Below, piece by piece: positions 37,164 through 45,908 of a stretch of DNA of 64,000 bases. Every line of letters starts with the position of its first letter. Within the stretch, counting starts at the first letter, position 1. Below the pieces are notes generated by a model. That model was not told the origin of the DNA. It was given only the letters and a program-made list of their open reading frames with translations, and did not search any database. This DNA is from a virus: IMG/VR virus record IMGVR_UViG_3300020473_000015; one strand, given 5' to 3'. Made by a program: the position numbers and the translations under genes.

Positions 37164-38408
37164 ATGAATGAGACAAATCAAACGTTTGACTTGAATCGGC
37201 ACACTGCACGACTTTTGATGCAGGAGCCGTTCTTCGCCTCTCTCAGCCGTAGAGTTTCTAAGGCTGCGAGTACTGCCATTCCAACTGCTGGTGTACGTGT
37301 CAATCCTGACACTGCTCGATTCGAGATGGTGTACAATCCCAGTTTTTTCGCGACGTTGACTGACGAAGAGCGCACTGCTGTACTCATTCATGAGTTTTAT
37401 CATCTTATCTTTCAGCATGTTACAGACCGCAAACCGTGGACAGGCCAAGATGTGAAACCAAAAGAGGCTCGCCTCTGGAACATCGCCTGTGATTTGGCAA
37501 TTAACTGTCATATCAATAACTTACCTGAAGCAGCATGCGTACCGGGAGTTGGTCCTTTTGCTGAATACTCTCGCTATCTCTCTGCGGAGGCTTACTTCGA
37601 GATGTTGAAGAAGGGTCAAGAGGATAAAGAACAAGAAGATGATGACAAAGGCGAAGAGGGCGAAGGCAACGGTTCTGGTGATGGGTCTGGCAGTGGTTCT
37701 GAAATGCCTGAAGATTCTTTCGACTGTCATGACGGCTGGGGCGAAGGCGAGTCAACTGCAAATGAGATTGCGAAAGAGCGCGTCAAAGAGTATCTGAAGG
37801 AAGCTGCGAAAGACGCACAGAATTCTGGGCAAGGTTGGGGCAGTGTCACTTCTCAGATGCAAAAAGAGATTCTGGAGCGTCTGACCACAAAGGTTGATTG
37901 GAAGAAGGTTCTTCGTTACTTCGTAAAGACTTCTCGTCGTGCAAGTCAAAGAAGCACTGTCAAACGCCTCAACAAGCGTTACGCATACATTCATGCTGGC
38001 AAGAAGGTTACTCGACGTGCCAACATCGCTATCAGCATCGATCAAAGTGGCTCTGTTAGTGACAATATGTTGGCTGCTTTCTTTAGTGAACTCAACAAGT
38101 TAGCTAAACTAGCAGAGTTTACTGTTATACCCTTTGATGATGAAGTGTTCGAGGAAAAGGTGTACGTTTGGAAGAAAGGCGAGAATAGAAAGTGGGAACG
38201 TGTATTGTGCGGTGGCACCAACTTTGATGCACCGACTGAATATGTCAACAAGCATGGCTTTGATGGTCACATCGTTCTGACTGACTTGATGGCACCAAAA
38301 CCAAAGGCTTCAAAATGTCAACGCATGTGGATGACCACAGAATACTACGCTCGACATCCGTACTTTAAAACTAACGAGCGAGTGCTCGCAATTGACGTTG
38401 AAAATTAA
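37164..38408 (+). CDS. DUF2201-type metallopeptidase-like + VWA protein
   Basis: HEFYH, WNIACDLAIN, acidic linker, IDQSGS MIDAS, GGTNF, LTD. Confidence 0.85.
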   Translation: MNETNQTFDLNRHTARLLMQEPFFASLSRRVSKAASTAIPTAGVRVNPDTARFEMVYNPSFFATLTDEERTAVLIHEFYHLIFQHVTDRKPWTGQDVKPKEARLWNIACDLAINCHINNLPEAACVPGVGPFAEYSRYLSAEAYFEMLKKGQEDKEQEDDDKGEEGEGNGSGDGSGSGSEMPEDSFDCHDGWGEGESTANEIAKERVKEYLKEAAKDAQNSGQGWGSVTSQMQKEILERLTTKVDWKKVLRYFVKTSRRASQRSTVKRLNKRYAYIHAGKKVTRRANIAISIDQSGSVSDNMLAAFFSELNKLAKLAEFTVIPFDDEVFEEKVYVWKKGENRKWERVLCGGTNFDAPTEYVNKHGFDGHIVLTDLMAPKPKASKCQRMWMTTEYYARHPYFKTNERVLAIDVEN

Positions 38409-38420
38409 TCAAAAAAATAC

Positions 38421-38449
38421 TTGACTTTCTCGCGAACTTGTGAGATAAT
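38421..38449 (+). promoter_or_regulatory. early promoter (TGAGATAAT class)
   Basis: TTGACT-17-GATAAT. Confidence 0.8.
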
Positions 38450-38482
38450 ATACAAGAACTCGTAGGAAAAGGAGAAAAATAC

Positions 38483-39076
38483 ATGAGTTTTGACGGCACA
38501 GTAAGATGTAGTTGGTGCTACAGCAAAGGCCACAATCGTAATGGGTGCGAAGAAAGAAAGAAGTATATTGCTGATAACCCAGATTCTTATGAAGCAAAAC
38601 GGGAACAAACACGTAAATCTCGAAACCGTCGATGTTCCTACTGTAGTGGAACAGGACACACTCGTCGAACATGCCCTATAATGAAAGAGGACAGAATTAA
38701 AGTTGCAAACGCTTTACAAATCAGTCGTCGTGAGATTAGACACCGCTTGATTGCTGAAGGTCTGGGAATTGGCAGCTTGGTTAGCGTTGTCGATTGGCAC
38801 AACAACCGCGTGGGAATCGTAAAAGAGATTGAGTGGAAAAACATCAACGAGTTGCAGACTTTCAAGTTCACACTCATGAGCGCAACAGATAGAACACGAT
38901 GGTATTGCGTCAATTTAGAGCGAGATAGCCTTAAAGTGCTTGGGCCTGTGTCATCTCACAGTATTGAAAGAGGCATGCCGCAAGAATGGAGAAGCGGCCT
39001 ACTTTACGATGAGAACCACTTCTTTGAAAAGGGTCAACGTCGTAAGCCTTTCCTATGGGGAGAAAACACATGGTAA
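38483..39076 (+). CDS. double CCHC zinc-knuckle protein
   Basis: CSWCYSKGHNRNGC and CSYCSGTGHTRRTC. Confidence 0.75.
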   Translation: MSFDGTVRCSWCYSKGHNRNGCEERKKYIADNPDSYEAKREQTRKSRNRRCSYCSGTGHTRRTCPIMKEDRIKVANALQISRREIRHRLIAEGLGIGSLVSVVDWHNNRVGIVKEIEWKNINELQTFKFTLMSATDRTRWYCVNLERDSLKVLGPVSSHSIERGMPQEWRSGLLYDENHFFEKGQRRKPFLWGENTW

Positions 39077-39396
39077 AAACAATTTATCTTGCAGTCCGGG
39101 AACATAAGCACGGTGTTGATAACTCTGCTCACACAACTGAGACTGGTGCAAAAAAGCAACTTGCGGCATGGGCGCGTGAAACGCTTGACGATTGGCATAT
39201 CGACGGCAAACAGTATTCTTCGTTGGACGTTTGTGGTGAAGAGCATCCAACCTTCGAAGATGACGCTCTCATCGAAGCATGGCCCGAATTGACAGGCGAA
39301 ACTGAGTTTCTGCGGGTGGAGATGCTGCATCTGCATCACGACGAGCCGAGCGAGAAAGAAAATTGGACTGCTGACACTTCCCATATTGGAGCTTAA
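39070..39396 (+). CDS. hypothetical protein
   Basis: start taken at MVKTIY. Confidence 0.6.
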   Translation: MVKTIYLAVREHKHGVDNSAHTTETGAKKQLAAWARETLDDWHIDGKQYSSLDVCGEEHPTFEDDALIEAWPELTGETEFLRVEMLHLHHDEPSEKENWTADTSHIGA

Positions 39397-39397
39397 A

Positions 39398-39652
39398 ATG
39401 GCATATCCTGAAAACAATGAAAAGAACAGACTTGAACTAGCATCTAAAATTCTTAGCGGCTGGAGCCGTGAGGACTTGGAAGTATACGTCACCACTCAGT
39501 TTGTCGATGATTATCGGCATGCACCGGACATCTTTGACGAAACATGGGACGACTTCAAAGATTCATTCGAGTGGTCACAGGAACTGCGCGAAAGTGTGAA
39601 AGAAAATTGCCCTAATCCCGGTTGTCATTGCGGCGCATGCGAGGAAGATTAG
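39398..39652 (+). CDS. hypothetical protein with C-terminal Cys cluster
   Basis: CPNPGCHCGAC. Confidence 0.6.
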   Translation: MAYPENNEKNRLELASKILSGWSREDLEVYVTTQFVDDYRHAPDIFDETWDDFKDSFEWSQELRESVKENCPNPGCHCGACEED

Positions 39653-39734
39653 TGGAATTATTGGGCTTATTGATACCAGTGGCAGCAATTGTGCTGTTCA
39701 TCTGGAGAGAAGAATCATCAAAAAAATAGGAGAA

Positions 39735-39899
39735 ATGATGACTAGAGAAGAAGAATTAAGACAACTTGCTGAATTTGTTAAGAAAAATGGGGTAACAAAG
39801 TTGCCAAAGGATGAGCGTGGACCGGACTTTGTAGCTATCAGTGCATGGGGCAAGCCACGTAGAAAAAAGGCGAAAAAGGCAAAAAAAGCTAAGAAATAA
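39735..39899 (+). CDS. small basic protein
   Basis: AGGAG SD; ends RRKKAKKAKKAKK (read manually). Confidence 0.6.
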   Translation: MMTREEELRQLAEFVKKNGVTKLPKDERGPDFVAISAWGKPRRKKAKKAKKAKK

Positions 39900-39900
39900 C

Positions 39901-39929
39901 TTGACAGATGCAGTGAGGTTTGATATACT
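39901..39929 (+). promoter_or_regulatory. sigma70-type promoter
   Basis: TTGACA-17-TATACT. Confidence 0.7.
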
Positions 39930-39935
39930 GTACAA

Positions 39936-40091
39936 ATGAGAGTTGGGGATTTAGTAAAATATATAACAGGCTGCACTGCCATAGTCTTATGGGTGAATCA
40001 TGCTGGCGGCACAGTAAAAGTTGTCAATGACAACGGAAGGATAGCTTGGCTAGTCACTTCTGACTGTGAGGTAATCAGTGCAGCAAGGTAA
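39936..40091 (+). CDS. KOW/SH3-like small protein
   Basis: MRVGDLVKY..CEVISAAR (51 aa, read manually). Confidence 0.7.
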   Translation: MRVGDLVKYITGCTAIVLWVNHAGGTVKVVNDNGRIAWLVTSDCEVISAAR

Positions 40092-40147
40092 ATTAATGGC
40101 TTTGGTCATCTTGGCATGGATGGTGTTATTCCTAATAGCGGAGGTAC

Positions 40148-40354
40148 GTGACAAATGAAACTCATGTGACAATAAAAATATCGAAAAGAAAAGCGGCCAA
40201 GTGGATATATGATCACATAAACAAACCTTCAATGACTCTCTTGAAGGCAACAAATAAAAGGAGTCTGGTAAAGTGGCGCGACGAGGACAGCGGCCCGTTT
40301 TTCTTTTGTATTCAAGATGAAAAAAAAGTTAAACGGCGTGAAAAAAACTCTTGA
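40148..40354 (+). CDS. hypothetical protein
   Basis: GGAGG SD; stop TGA lies inside the next TTGACA. Confidence 0.55.
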   Translation: MTNETHVTIKISKRKAAKWIYDHINKPSMTLLKATNKRSLVKWRDEDSGPFFFCIQDEKKVKRREKNS

Positions 40355-40379
40355 CAAACCTTGTTTTATATGAGATAAT
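40351..40379 (+). promoter_or_regulatory. early promoter (TGAGATAAT class)
   Basis: TTGACA-17-GATAAT. Confidence 0.8.
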
Positions 40380-40413
40380 ACTTATAGAAACAATCGAGAA
40401 AGGATTCAAGAAC

Positions 40414-40854
40414 ATGACAAACATTCCTACTTTCCCTGCTCCTTCTGCTTCTGTTGTTGAGATGGCGACCGGAAAACGCGCTCGCCTTCGTGCCGCTCGT
40501 CAGTGGATTAATGAGGCTCGCGCTACGTTGGCCGATGGTTCTGTTGTTGCTCCTTCGACTCGCTTGGCTATGAATGTCATGAAGTCAATTGTCGATGGTA
40601 TGCCAGCCGTCGATGTTGCCGTACAAGATGGCGAGTGGCAGTACGCTTTTCGCGTGAATGCTGCTATCGAAGCTGACAAGCTGCGCTCTGAGCGTTTTCA
40701 GGCTTTCATGGCAGAGGACCAGCCTTCAGAGGTTGGAATAGGTGTCTGTGACAGTTGTGGCCTTGTTGGTGCATCGGTGCGTAATCACTATGCACCAGAC
40801 GGAATGGGCTTTCCTACTCTTGTTTTTCAAAATTGCATCGATGGGTGCAAATAA
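40414..40854 (+). CDS. hypothetical protein with C-terminal Zn finger
   Basis: CDSC..CIDGC. Confidence 0.65.
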   Translation: MTNIPTFPAPSASVVEMATGKRARLRAARQWINEARATLADGSVVAPSTRLAMNVMKSIVDGMPAVDVAVQDGEWQYAFRVNAAIEADKLRSERFQAFMAEDQPSEVGIGVCDSCGLVGASVRNHYAPDGMGFPTLVFQNCIDGCK

Positions 40855-40869
40855 ATTTCAAAAAAGTAC

Positions 40870-40898
40870 TTGACAAATCTCATTTAATGTGAGATAAT
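40870..40898 (+). promoter_or_regulatory. early promoter (TGAGATAAT class)
   Basis: TTGACA-17-GATAAT. Confidence 0.8.
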
Positions 40899-41011
40899 AC
40901 ATTCAGAAACAATCGAAAAAAAAGGAAATAAAATGATTGTAATTGCTCTATCTATGTTCGCCGTCGCTTCAATTCTAACCAGCGTATTTGTCGCTCCAAA
41001 GGGGTGCTAAT

Positions 41012-41509
41012 ATGAAAGCAGACGATATTTTAATGAAAAAGTGGTGTTTTGGGACTGGTCGAGGTCGAGTGAAGGCTCGTGAAGAGGCAGTGCAGGTAAA
41101 CGGAGAACTCCAAACCTACCGAACCTACCCCAAGTACAGGACGATTATCTTCAAGGTGGAGAAGGCTACCAAGAAGGGTAAACAATGGACTGTCGAGGGA
41201 AAGCAGTATTCTTCTTTGAACGGTAAGCCAAAGACAACTAAACTTGTGTTGAACGAAAAGAATGGTCTGCTCTATGTTCCAAACCAGAAACGCCCGTTTC
41301 TCAAGATTCAGAATCCGGGCCTATTGACAGAAGATGGCTTACCACCTGTTGGAAGTCTCATTACTGTCAACAAGAAGCATGCCATTGTTACGGCAGTGGG
41401 GCGCAATGAGTTGACTGTGTTTGTCAACAACAAAATTCAGACGATCACTTGTCGTCCCGGTACAATCAAGTGGCATTCTGACAAAATTCTAGCAAATGCG
41501 GTGAAATAA
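41012..41509 (+). CDS. hypothetical basic protein with C-terminal KOW-like segment
   Basis: PPVGSLITV..AIVTAV. Confidence 0.6.
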   Translation: MKADDILMKKWCFGTGRGRVKAREEAVQVNGELQTYRTYPKYRTIIFKVEKATKKGKQWTVEGKQYSSLNGKPKTTKLVLNEKNGLLYVPNQKRPFLKIQNPGLLTEDGLPPVGSLITVNKKHAIVTAVGRNELTVFVNNKIQTITCRPGTIKWHSDKILANAVK

Positions 41510-41510
41510 T

Positions 41511-41876
41511 ATGTTTGATTTAGCTTACGACGACTACTCTTTTGATACTGACGAAGAAATGTTCTTTGAGAGTGATGAAGATAAAGTACACGAGATGATT
41601 GAAAAATTCATTTCAGAGGAAACAAAGAAAAAAGAGTCTGTTCGCATCCATCAAAGTGGACGTGGCAGACCAAGAAAACACTTCACCAAGACAGTGACAT
41701 TCGTTGAGATGGAGGCTTCAGGATGGCTTAAAAAGGCTCCCAGAGGCCGCCCAAAGAAAGGCGAGGTAAGAGTCGAGGTAATGGTTCCAATTGGCGTAGA
41801 GATTGCTCCAGAGCGTTTCTACACGTATGAAAATGGTGTTTTGACGGAGACTTGGACAAGCCATGAACAACGCTAA
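41511..41876 (+). CDS. protein with acidic N-terminus and two AT-hook motifs
   Basis: GRGRPRK and PRGRPKK. Confidence 0.65.
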   Translation: MFDLAYDDYSFDTDEEMFFESDEDKVHEMIEKFISEETKKKESVRIHQSGRGRPRKHFTKTVTFVEMEASGWLKKAPRGRPKKGEVRVEVMVPIGVEIAPERFYTYENGVLTETWTSHEQR

Positions 41877-42348
41877 AAGCTATAATACGGGAAAGCAGAA
41901 CGAAGCAGACTCATGGACAACGATGCGTCAGCATGGTTTTGTTCGCCCAACGTCGCAGCAAAGAAAGAATCTTGTCAAAGCCTACGCACAAGTAGGAAAA
42001 GAAATACGAGCGAAAGGCTTTGATTTGATTAAAGAATCCGATACAGAGACAATTAATAATCCAGACCAATTGGCAGAAGCAGTCGAAAACATTACACTTT
42101 TTGAACTGAAAACTGCTGGTAGGGAAAGGAAGTCGCCTGTAGAGGAGAATTGGTCTGGATTGGGATTCACCTTGACAGGCGCAGAGAAGCACAACGCAGA
42201 AGTGCTGAAAGATAAGTTTAGGTTTATCTTTCTCAATTTGAAGAATGGTGCTTTGCGTGAATGTAGGCTGGATGAATTCTTTTCTTCTGGTGTAGCGAAC
42301 ACTTACCCAACATGGTCAGTTTTTATCACAAAAGGCTTGACAAGCTGA
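41863..42348 (+). CDS. PD-(D/E)xK nuclease-like protein
   Basis: GFDLI..FELKT..FTLT..E. Confidence 0.55.
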   Translation: MNNAKSYNTGKQNEADSWTTMRQHGFVRPTSQQRKNLVKAYAQVGKEIRAKGFDLIKESDTETINNPDQLAEAVENITLFELKTAGRERKSPVEENWSGLGFTLTGAEKHNAEVLKDKFRFIFLNLKNGALRECRLDEFFSSGVANTYPTWSVFITKGLTS

Positions 42349-42365
42349 ATTCCACATGGTATAAT
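42337..42365 (+). promoter_or_regulatory. sigma70-type promoter
   Basis: TTGACA-17-TATAAT with TG extension. Confidence 0.75.
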
Positions 42366-42366
42366 A

Positions 42367-42570
42367 ATGACACCAACAAACGATTCGGAGAACAGTATGG
42401 TTGATAAGATTATTCGTTACGAGAATGGAGAAATGAACACCACAGAAGTGGTTGAATTCTTTCAGGAACTAATTAACAATGGTTTAGCTTGGAGCCTTCA
42501 AGGACACTATGGTCGAACAGCCTCTCAGTTGATCGATCTTGGCCTTTGCGCTCACTCGGAGGAAAAATAA
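42367..42570 (+). CDS. conserved phage hypothetical protein
   Basis: FFQELINNGLAWSLQGHYGRTA. Confidence 0.7.
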   Translation: MTPTNDSENSMVDKIIRYENGEMNTTEVVEFFQELINNGLAWSLQGHYGRTASQLIDLGLCAHSEEK

Positions 42571-42938
42571 TGGGTTATCGTTCAGAAGTTGCTTTAGCAG
42601 TAAGTAAAGAATTAATGCCACGTTTCTTGACAGTCTTTGCAAAATGTCCAGAGGCTCAGGTGATGGTCTTCAAGGATCATGATAAAATGGATGAGGATTA
42701 TGATGGTGAAGGCACATTTTTTGTTTATTGGAGTGGCATCAAGTGGTACGAGAGCTTTCCAGAGGTAAGCGCTATTGAGAAATTTCTTGCAGAGTGCGAA
42801 CTTGATGACTTTGAGGATTTAGCAAATTCATATGAACATTATCGTTTTGTACGTTTAGGCGAAGAGCACGACGACGTTGAAATAATGGGCGACCTGTGCT
42901 CTTGGGACATTAACTTTAGAAGGGAATTGACGTTTTGA
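42570..42938 (+). CDS. conserved phage hypothetical protein
   Basis: MGYRSEV..KWYE..FVRLGEE. Confidence 0.7.
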   Translation: MGYRSEVALAVSKELMPRFLTVFAKCPEAQVMVFKDHDKMDEDYDGEGTFFVYWSGIKWYESFPEVSAIEKFLAECELDDFEDLANSYEHYRFVRLGEEHDDVEIMGDLCSWDINFRRELTF

Positions 42939-43028
42939 ACAGTGAAGAAATAGGCTATTTTGTCTTGTCGTTTGTATTAATTGCTGTAATTACAATGGTA
43001 CCGACATTCTTTGAGAAAAGAGAATAGA

Positions 43029-43226
43029 ATGAAAATTGGCGACCTAGTAGAACTATCCAGCAAAGGAAGGGGGATTCTTTGGTGTAGGCGATACAGAGAT
43101 AGAACGGGAATTGTAGTGGATGTTGCAGCACAGAACCAAAGGCTTCACACAGTTAAAGTTGTCTTCATGAACGCTGGAAGTGTATGGATTCATCGTAGTT
43201 ACGTCAAAATGGTTGCTAAAGGGTAA
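43029..43226 (+). CDS. KOW/SH3-like small protein
   Basis: MKIGDLV..GIVVDV. Confidence 0.7.
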   Translation: MKIGDLVELSSKGRGILWCRRYRDRTGIVVDVAAQNQRLHTVKVVFMNAGSVWIHRSYVKMVAKG

Positions 43227-43236
43227 AATGAAGTTT

Positions 43237-43267
43237 TTTCATGTAGAAACTATATATCTACATGAAA
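43237..43267. repeat. perfect 11-bp inverted repeat overlapping a start codon
   Basis: TTTCATGTAGA-9 nt-TCTACATGAAA. Confidence 0.85.
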
Positions 43268-43429
43268 TTAAACGAGATTGTTAGATACAGAGAAAGCAAA
43301 GAATATGGACATCTTACAGGAAGGGTCAAAACAATTCATGGTCGAAAATGGCTCACAGTTGAATGGTCAGATGGTGTCAACGTTCGCGAGCACGTCGATG
43401 ACTTGATGTTCGAGGGCGAGAAAGGGTAA
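43262..43429 (+). CDS. KOW/SH3-like small protein
   Basis: MKLNEIVRY..GRV..TVEWSDG..HVDDL (55 aa, read manually). Confidence 0.6.
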   Translation: MKLNEIVRYRESKEYGHLTGRVKTIHGRKWLTVEWSDGVNVREHVDDLMFEGEKG

Positions 43430-43471
43430 AACTCGTATCGGAAATTTTTTTCCCTTTTATTCAAAATATAC

Positions 43472-43500
43472 TTGACAAACAACACATTTTATGAGATAAT
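43472..43500 (+). promoter_or_regulatory. early promoter (TGAGATAAT class)
   Basis: TTGACA-17-GATAAT. Confidence 0.8.
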
Positions 43501-43532
43501 GTATACATCAACAACTGGAAAAGGATTGAAAA

Positions 43533-43739
43533 ATGACCAGAAAAGACTTTAAAATGATTGCAGACATCCTCAAATTGCACACCACTAGCCATACTGCACA
43601 AGCATTGGCCTTAGACTTCGCACAGGCATTTCAAAAGACAAATCCTCGTTTTGATAAGAAACGGTTTCTTGATGCTTGTGGTCTTGAATATGTACGTTTA
43701 GGAAATGGTCGAGAGCTTCACATCATCGAAGGCAAGTAA
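43533..43739 (+). CDS. conserved phage hypothetical protein
   Basis: MTRKDFKMIA..NPRFDKKRFLDAC. Confidence 0.75.
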   Translation: MTRKDFKMIADILKLHTTSHTAQALALDFAQAFQKTNPRFDKKRFLDACGLEYVRLGNGRELHIIEGK

Positions 43740-43842
43740 ACCATGCAATATGCGGATTGGGACGCAATATATGCCCTTCTATGGTGGGCAGCAATAGTTA
43801 TACCATTGGGCTTTCTAATTGAATTCATAGAGGAGAAATACT

Positions 43843-44028
43843 TTGACTAAACACCCATTGGAAGCAGGAGCCTTAGTGCAGCGCAGTTTGTATCGTGGAT
43901 ATTATCAAGTGCTTCAAAAATATCGGCACGGAATTGACCACACCGGAGGTTTAAGGCTCGATCTCCTTTGTTTATCCACAGGCAAAATAGTCAGGGCTAT
44001 ACGTCCCAGCCGTGTAAAAGTGGTATAA
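43843..44028 (+). CDS. KOW/SH3-like small protein
   Basis: LEAGALV..RPSRVKVV. Confidence 0.55.
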   Translation: MTKHPLEAGALVQRSLYRGYYQVLQKYRHGIDHTGGLRLDLLCLSTGKIVRAIRPSRVKVV

Positions 44029-44029
44029 A

Positions 44030-44215
44030 ATGAAGGTTGGTGACTTAGTGCGCGTAACAGGTCACGCTCGATATAAAGGACAAATTGGCATCGTAACTCA
44101 TATATTGCCGGGAGCATCGGGAACATATGAATTGTATTGGGTACACACACATAAAGATACATACCCATTTTTAAAAACAGACTTGGAGATAGTTGTTAAT
44201 GAGAATATTGATTAG
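44030..44215 (+). CDS. KOW/SH3-like small protein
   Basis: MKVGDLVRV..GQIGIV..DLEIV. Confidence 0.75.
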   Translation: MKVGDLVRVTGHARYKGQIGIVTHILPGASGTYELYWVHTHKDTYPFLKTDLEIVVNENID

Positions 44216-44426
44216 TCTAGCACTGTTGATGCTTACAGGATGTGCCATAACCGTTCAGGCACCAAAAGAAGAGTTGAGATTCTTTCATGATGAAAACAGA
44301 GGAAATGTTAGGTTTGTTTGTTGGAAAACAAATGATGTAGGATGGCAATGCAATCGCACAGACCTCAATTGGCCAAAAGAATGGTCGAGGGCAAGCAAAA
44401 CAATAAACCCAAAAAATAGCAAATAA
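44199..44426 (+). CDS. small lipoprotein
   Basis: LTGC lipobox. Confidence 0.6.
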   Translation: MRILISLALLMLTGCAITVQAPKEELRFFHDENRGNVRFVCWKTNDVGWQCNRTDLNWPKEWSRASKTINPKNSK

Positions 44427-44427
44427 C

Positions 44428-44601
44428 ATGAAAAGAGGCGATTTAGTAAAATATACCGGAAGAGATGATACTGTTCATTATGGGGTTGTGATTGAGGTGG
44501 ATGAACGAACTTATGGTCCAGTGTTAGCGATACTTCAGGGCGAAAACTATAGCATGTGGTTTCAACGGCGCAATTTGGAGCTAGTCAATGCAAGTAGGTG
44601 A
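44428..44601 (+). CDS. KOW/SH3-like cassette protein
   Basis: MKRGDLVKY..LELVNASR (read manually). Confidence 0.75.
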   Translation: MKRGDLVKYTGRDDTVHYGVVIEVDERTYGPVLAILQGENYSMWFQRRNLELVNASR

Positions 44602-44749
44602 TTTGGTTAGGTATAAACAAGGCTCGTTGGACATGGTGGGCATCATCACAGGACAGAGATGTCATGGCGATTATTGGGTGCAGTTTGTTGACGGCACCAA
44701 ATCCCTTTGTCGCCATCGGTGCTTGGAGGTAATCAATGCAAGTAGGTGA
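44588..44749 (+). CDS. KOW/SH3-like cassette protein
   Basis: MQVGDLVRY..CLEVINASR (read manually). Confidence 0.75.
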   Translation: MQVGDLVRYKQGSLDMVGIITGQRCHGDYWVQFVDGTKSLCRHRCLEVINASR

Positions 44750-44900
44750 TTTAGTGAAATACTCTTACCACAAAAAAGTGGGTACAGGCATAATTGTGGG
44801 CTTTGATGAAGACGATGACCCAATAGTCAGAGACAATCGTAGCGGTGTTATCGCCGCATCATGGCGAAAAAAAGTAGAAATTATTAATAAAAGTTCTTGA
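44736..44900 (+). CDS. KOW/SH3-like cassette protein
   Basis: MQVGDLVKY..VEIINKSS; stop inside next TTGACA. Confidence 0.75.
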   Translation: MQVGDLVKYSYHKKVGTGIIVGFDEDDDPIVRDNRSGVIAASWRKKVEIINKSS

Positions 44901-44925
44901 CAATTACTTCAATTCATGAGATAAT
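44897..44925 (+). promoter_or_regulatory. early promoter (TGAGATAAT class)
   Basis: TTGACA-17-GATAAT. Confidence 0.8.
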
Positions 44926-44955
44926 ACCTATAGAAACAGTCGAGAAAGGCAAAAC

Positions 44956-45189
44956 ATGCAAGCAACACCAATTCAAAATGCTCTCACAGTGCGTAACGCA
45001 GAAACTTTGCCCGATGGCGCAAAAGTGGTCACAATCGATGTAGCAGACTACATGGATTTTATCCGCACACCGCATGCCATTGAATACGATGGCGAAGTTT
45101 ATGGTCGCACTGGTTGGAATAGCGATAAATTCGTCGCATATTACAGAACAGACAGAAAAGTTGCGAGGGCAATCAGTGCAAGTCGGTGA
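44956..45189 (+). CDS. hypothetical protein ending in the cassette junction
   Basis: YGRTGWNSDKFVAYYR; ends AISASR. Confidence 0.7.
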   Translation: MQATPIQNALTVRNAETLPDGAKVVTIDVADYMDFIRTPHAIEYDGEVYGRTGWNSDKFVAYYRTDRKVARAISASR

Positions 45190-45352
45190 TTTGGTACGGA
45201 TTAAAGGCGCTAGTATGGTTCACCTTGTTAAGCGGGTCGAATCTGTCGCTAATTTCTATGAGAGCCTGCCACCTACAACGTGGGTGATCTTGGATGGTCA
45301 ACCTGTGCCGTACAAAGCGAGCAAAGTGGAGGTAATCAGTGCAAGTCGGTGA
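45176..45352 (+). CDS. KOW/SH3-like cassette protein
   Basis: (M)QVGDLVRI..VEVISASR. Confidence 0.75.
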   Translation: MQVGDLVRIKGASMVHLVKRVESVANFYESLPPTTWVILDGQPVPYKASKVEVISASR

Positions 45353-45503
45353 TTTGGTGAAGGGTAAACTATGGGAAGAGTTGGGCATAGTAGTCTGTGT
45401 ACCTCCAATGCCTTCTATGATAGAAGTTTGCTGGACTGGAGAAAAGCCCAGAAGACAAAAGCATCTTTCGGGGGAACTGGAGGTAATCAGTGAAAGTCGG
45501 TGA
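45339..45503 (+). CDS. KOW/SH3-like cassette protein
   Basis: (M)QVGDLVKG..LEVISESR (read manually). Confidence 0.75.
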   Translation: MQVGDLVKGKLWEELGIVVCVPPMPSMIEVCWTGEKPRRQKHLSGELEVISESR

Positions 45504-45702
45504 TTTAGTACAATTTGATTATGTCAATGGTCACACTAGCGAAGTCAACAACAAGATGGGATTGTACTTAGGTCCAAAGCCTTTGAAGCGCGAGGACGGA
45601 AAAATAATTAACAACTTCATGATTCAGCTTCTTGGAGAAACAACCCCAAGATTGTGTGATGGTTCAATGATGCGTTGGTTGAGGGTAGTAGAATGCAAGT
45701 AG
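45490..45702 (+). CDS. KOW/SH3-like cassette protein
   Basis: (M)KVGDLVQF..LRVVECK. Confidence 0.75.
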   Translation: MKVGDLVQFDYVNGHTSEVNNKMGLYLGPKPLKREDGKIINNFMIQLLGETTPRLCDGSMMRWLRVVECK

Positions 45703-45908
45703 GTGATTTAGTAAAGATTAAACGCGCCACTAATGGCGTACCACGTGGCACGTCGGCACTTATTATTAAGGTTCAGACTGCCAAAGACTTGAACAATGAG
45801 CCATTCCCCTTGTATATGGTGTCAATGAGCGTGAAGCCTTGGCGCACTGGACCGTATGAACGACAATATTTAGAAAAGGATTTGGAGGTCATCAGTGCAA
45901 GTAGGTGA
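45693..45908 (+). CDS. KOW/SH3-like cassette protein
   Basis: MQVGDLVKI..LEVISASR. Confidence 0.75.
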   Translation: MQVGDLVKIKRATNGVPRGTSALIIKVQTAKDLNNEPFPLYMVSMSVKPWRTGPYERQYLEKDLEVISASR

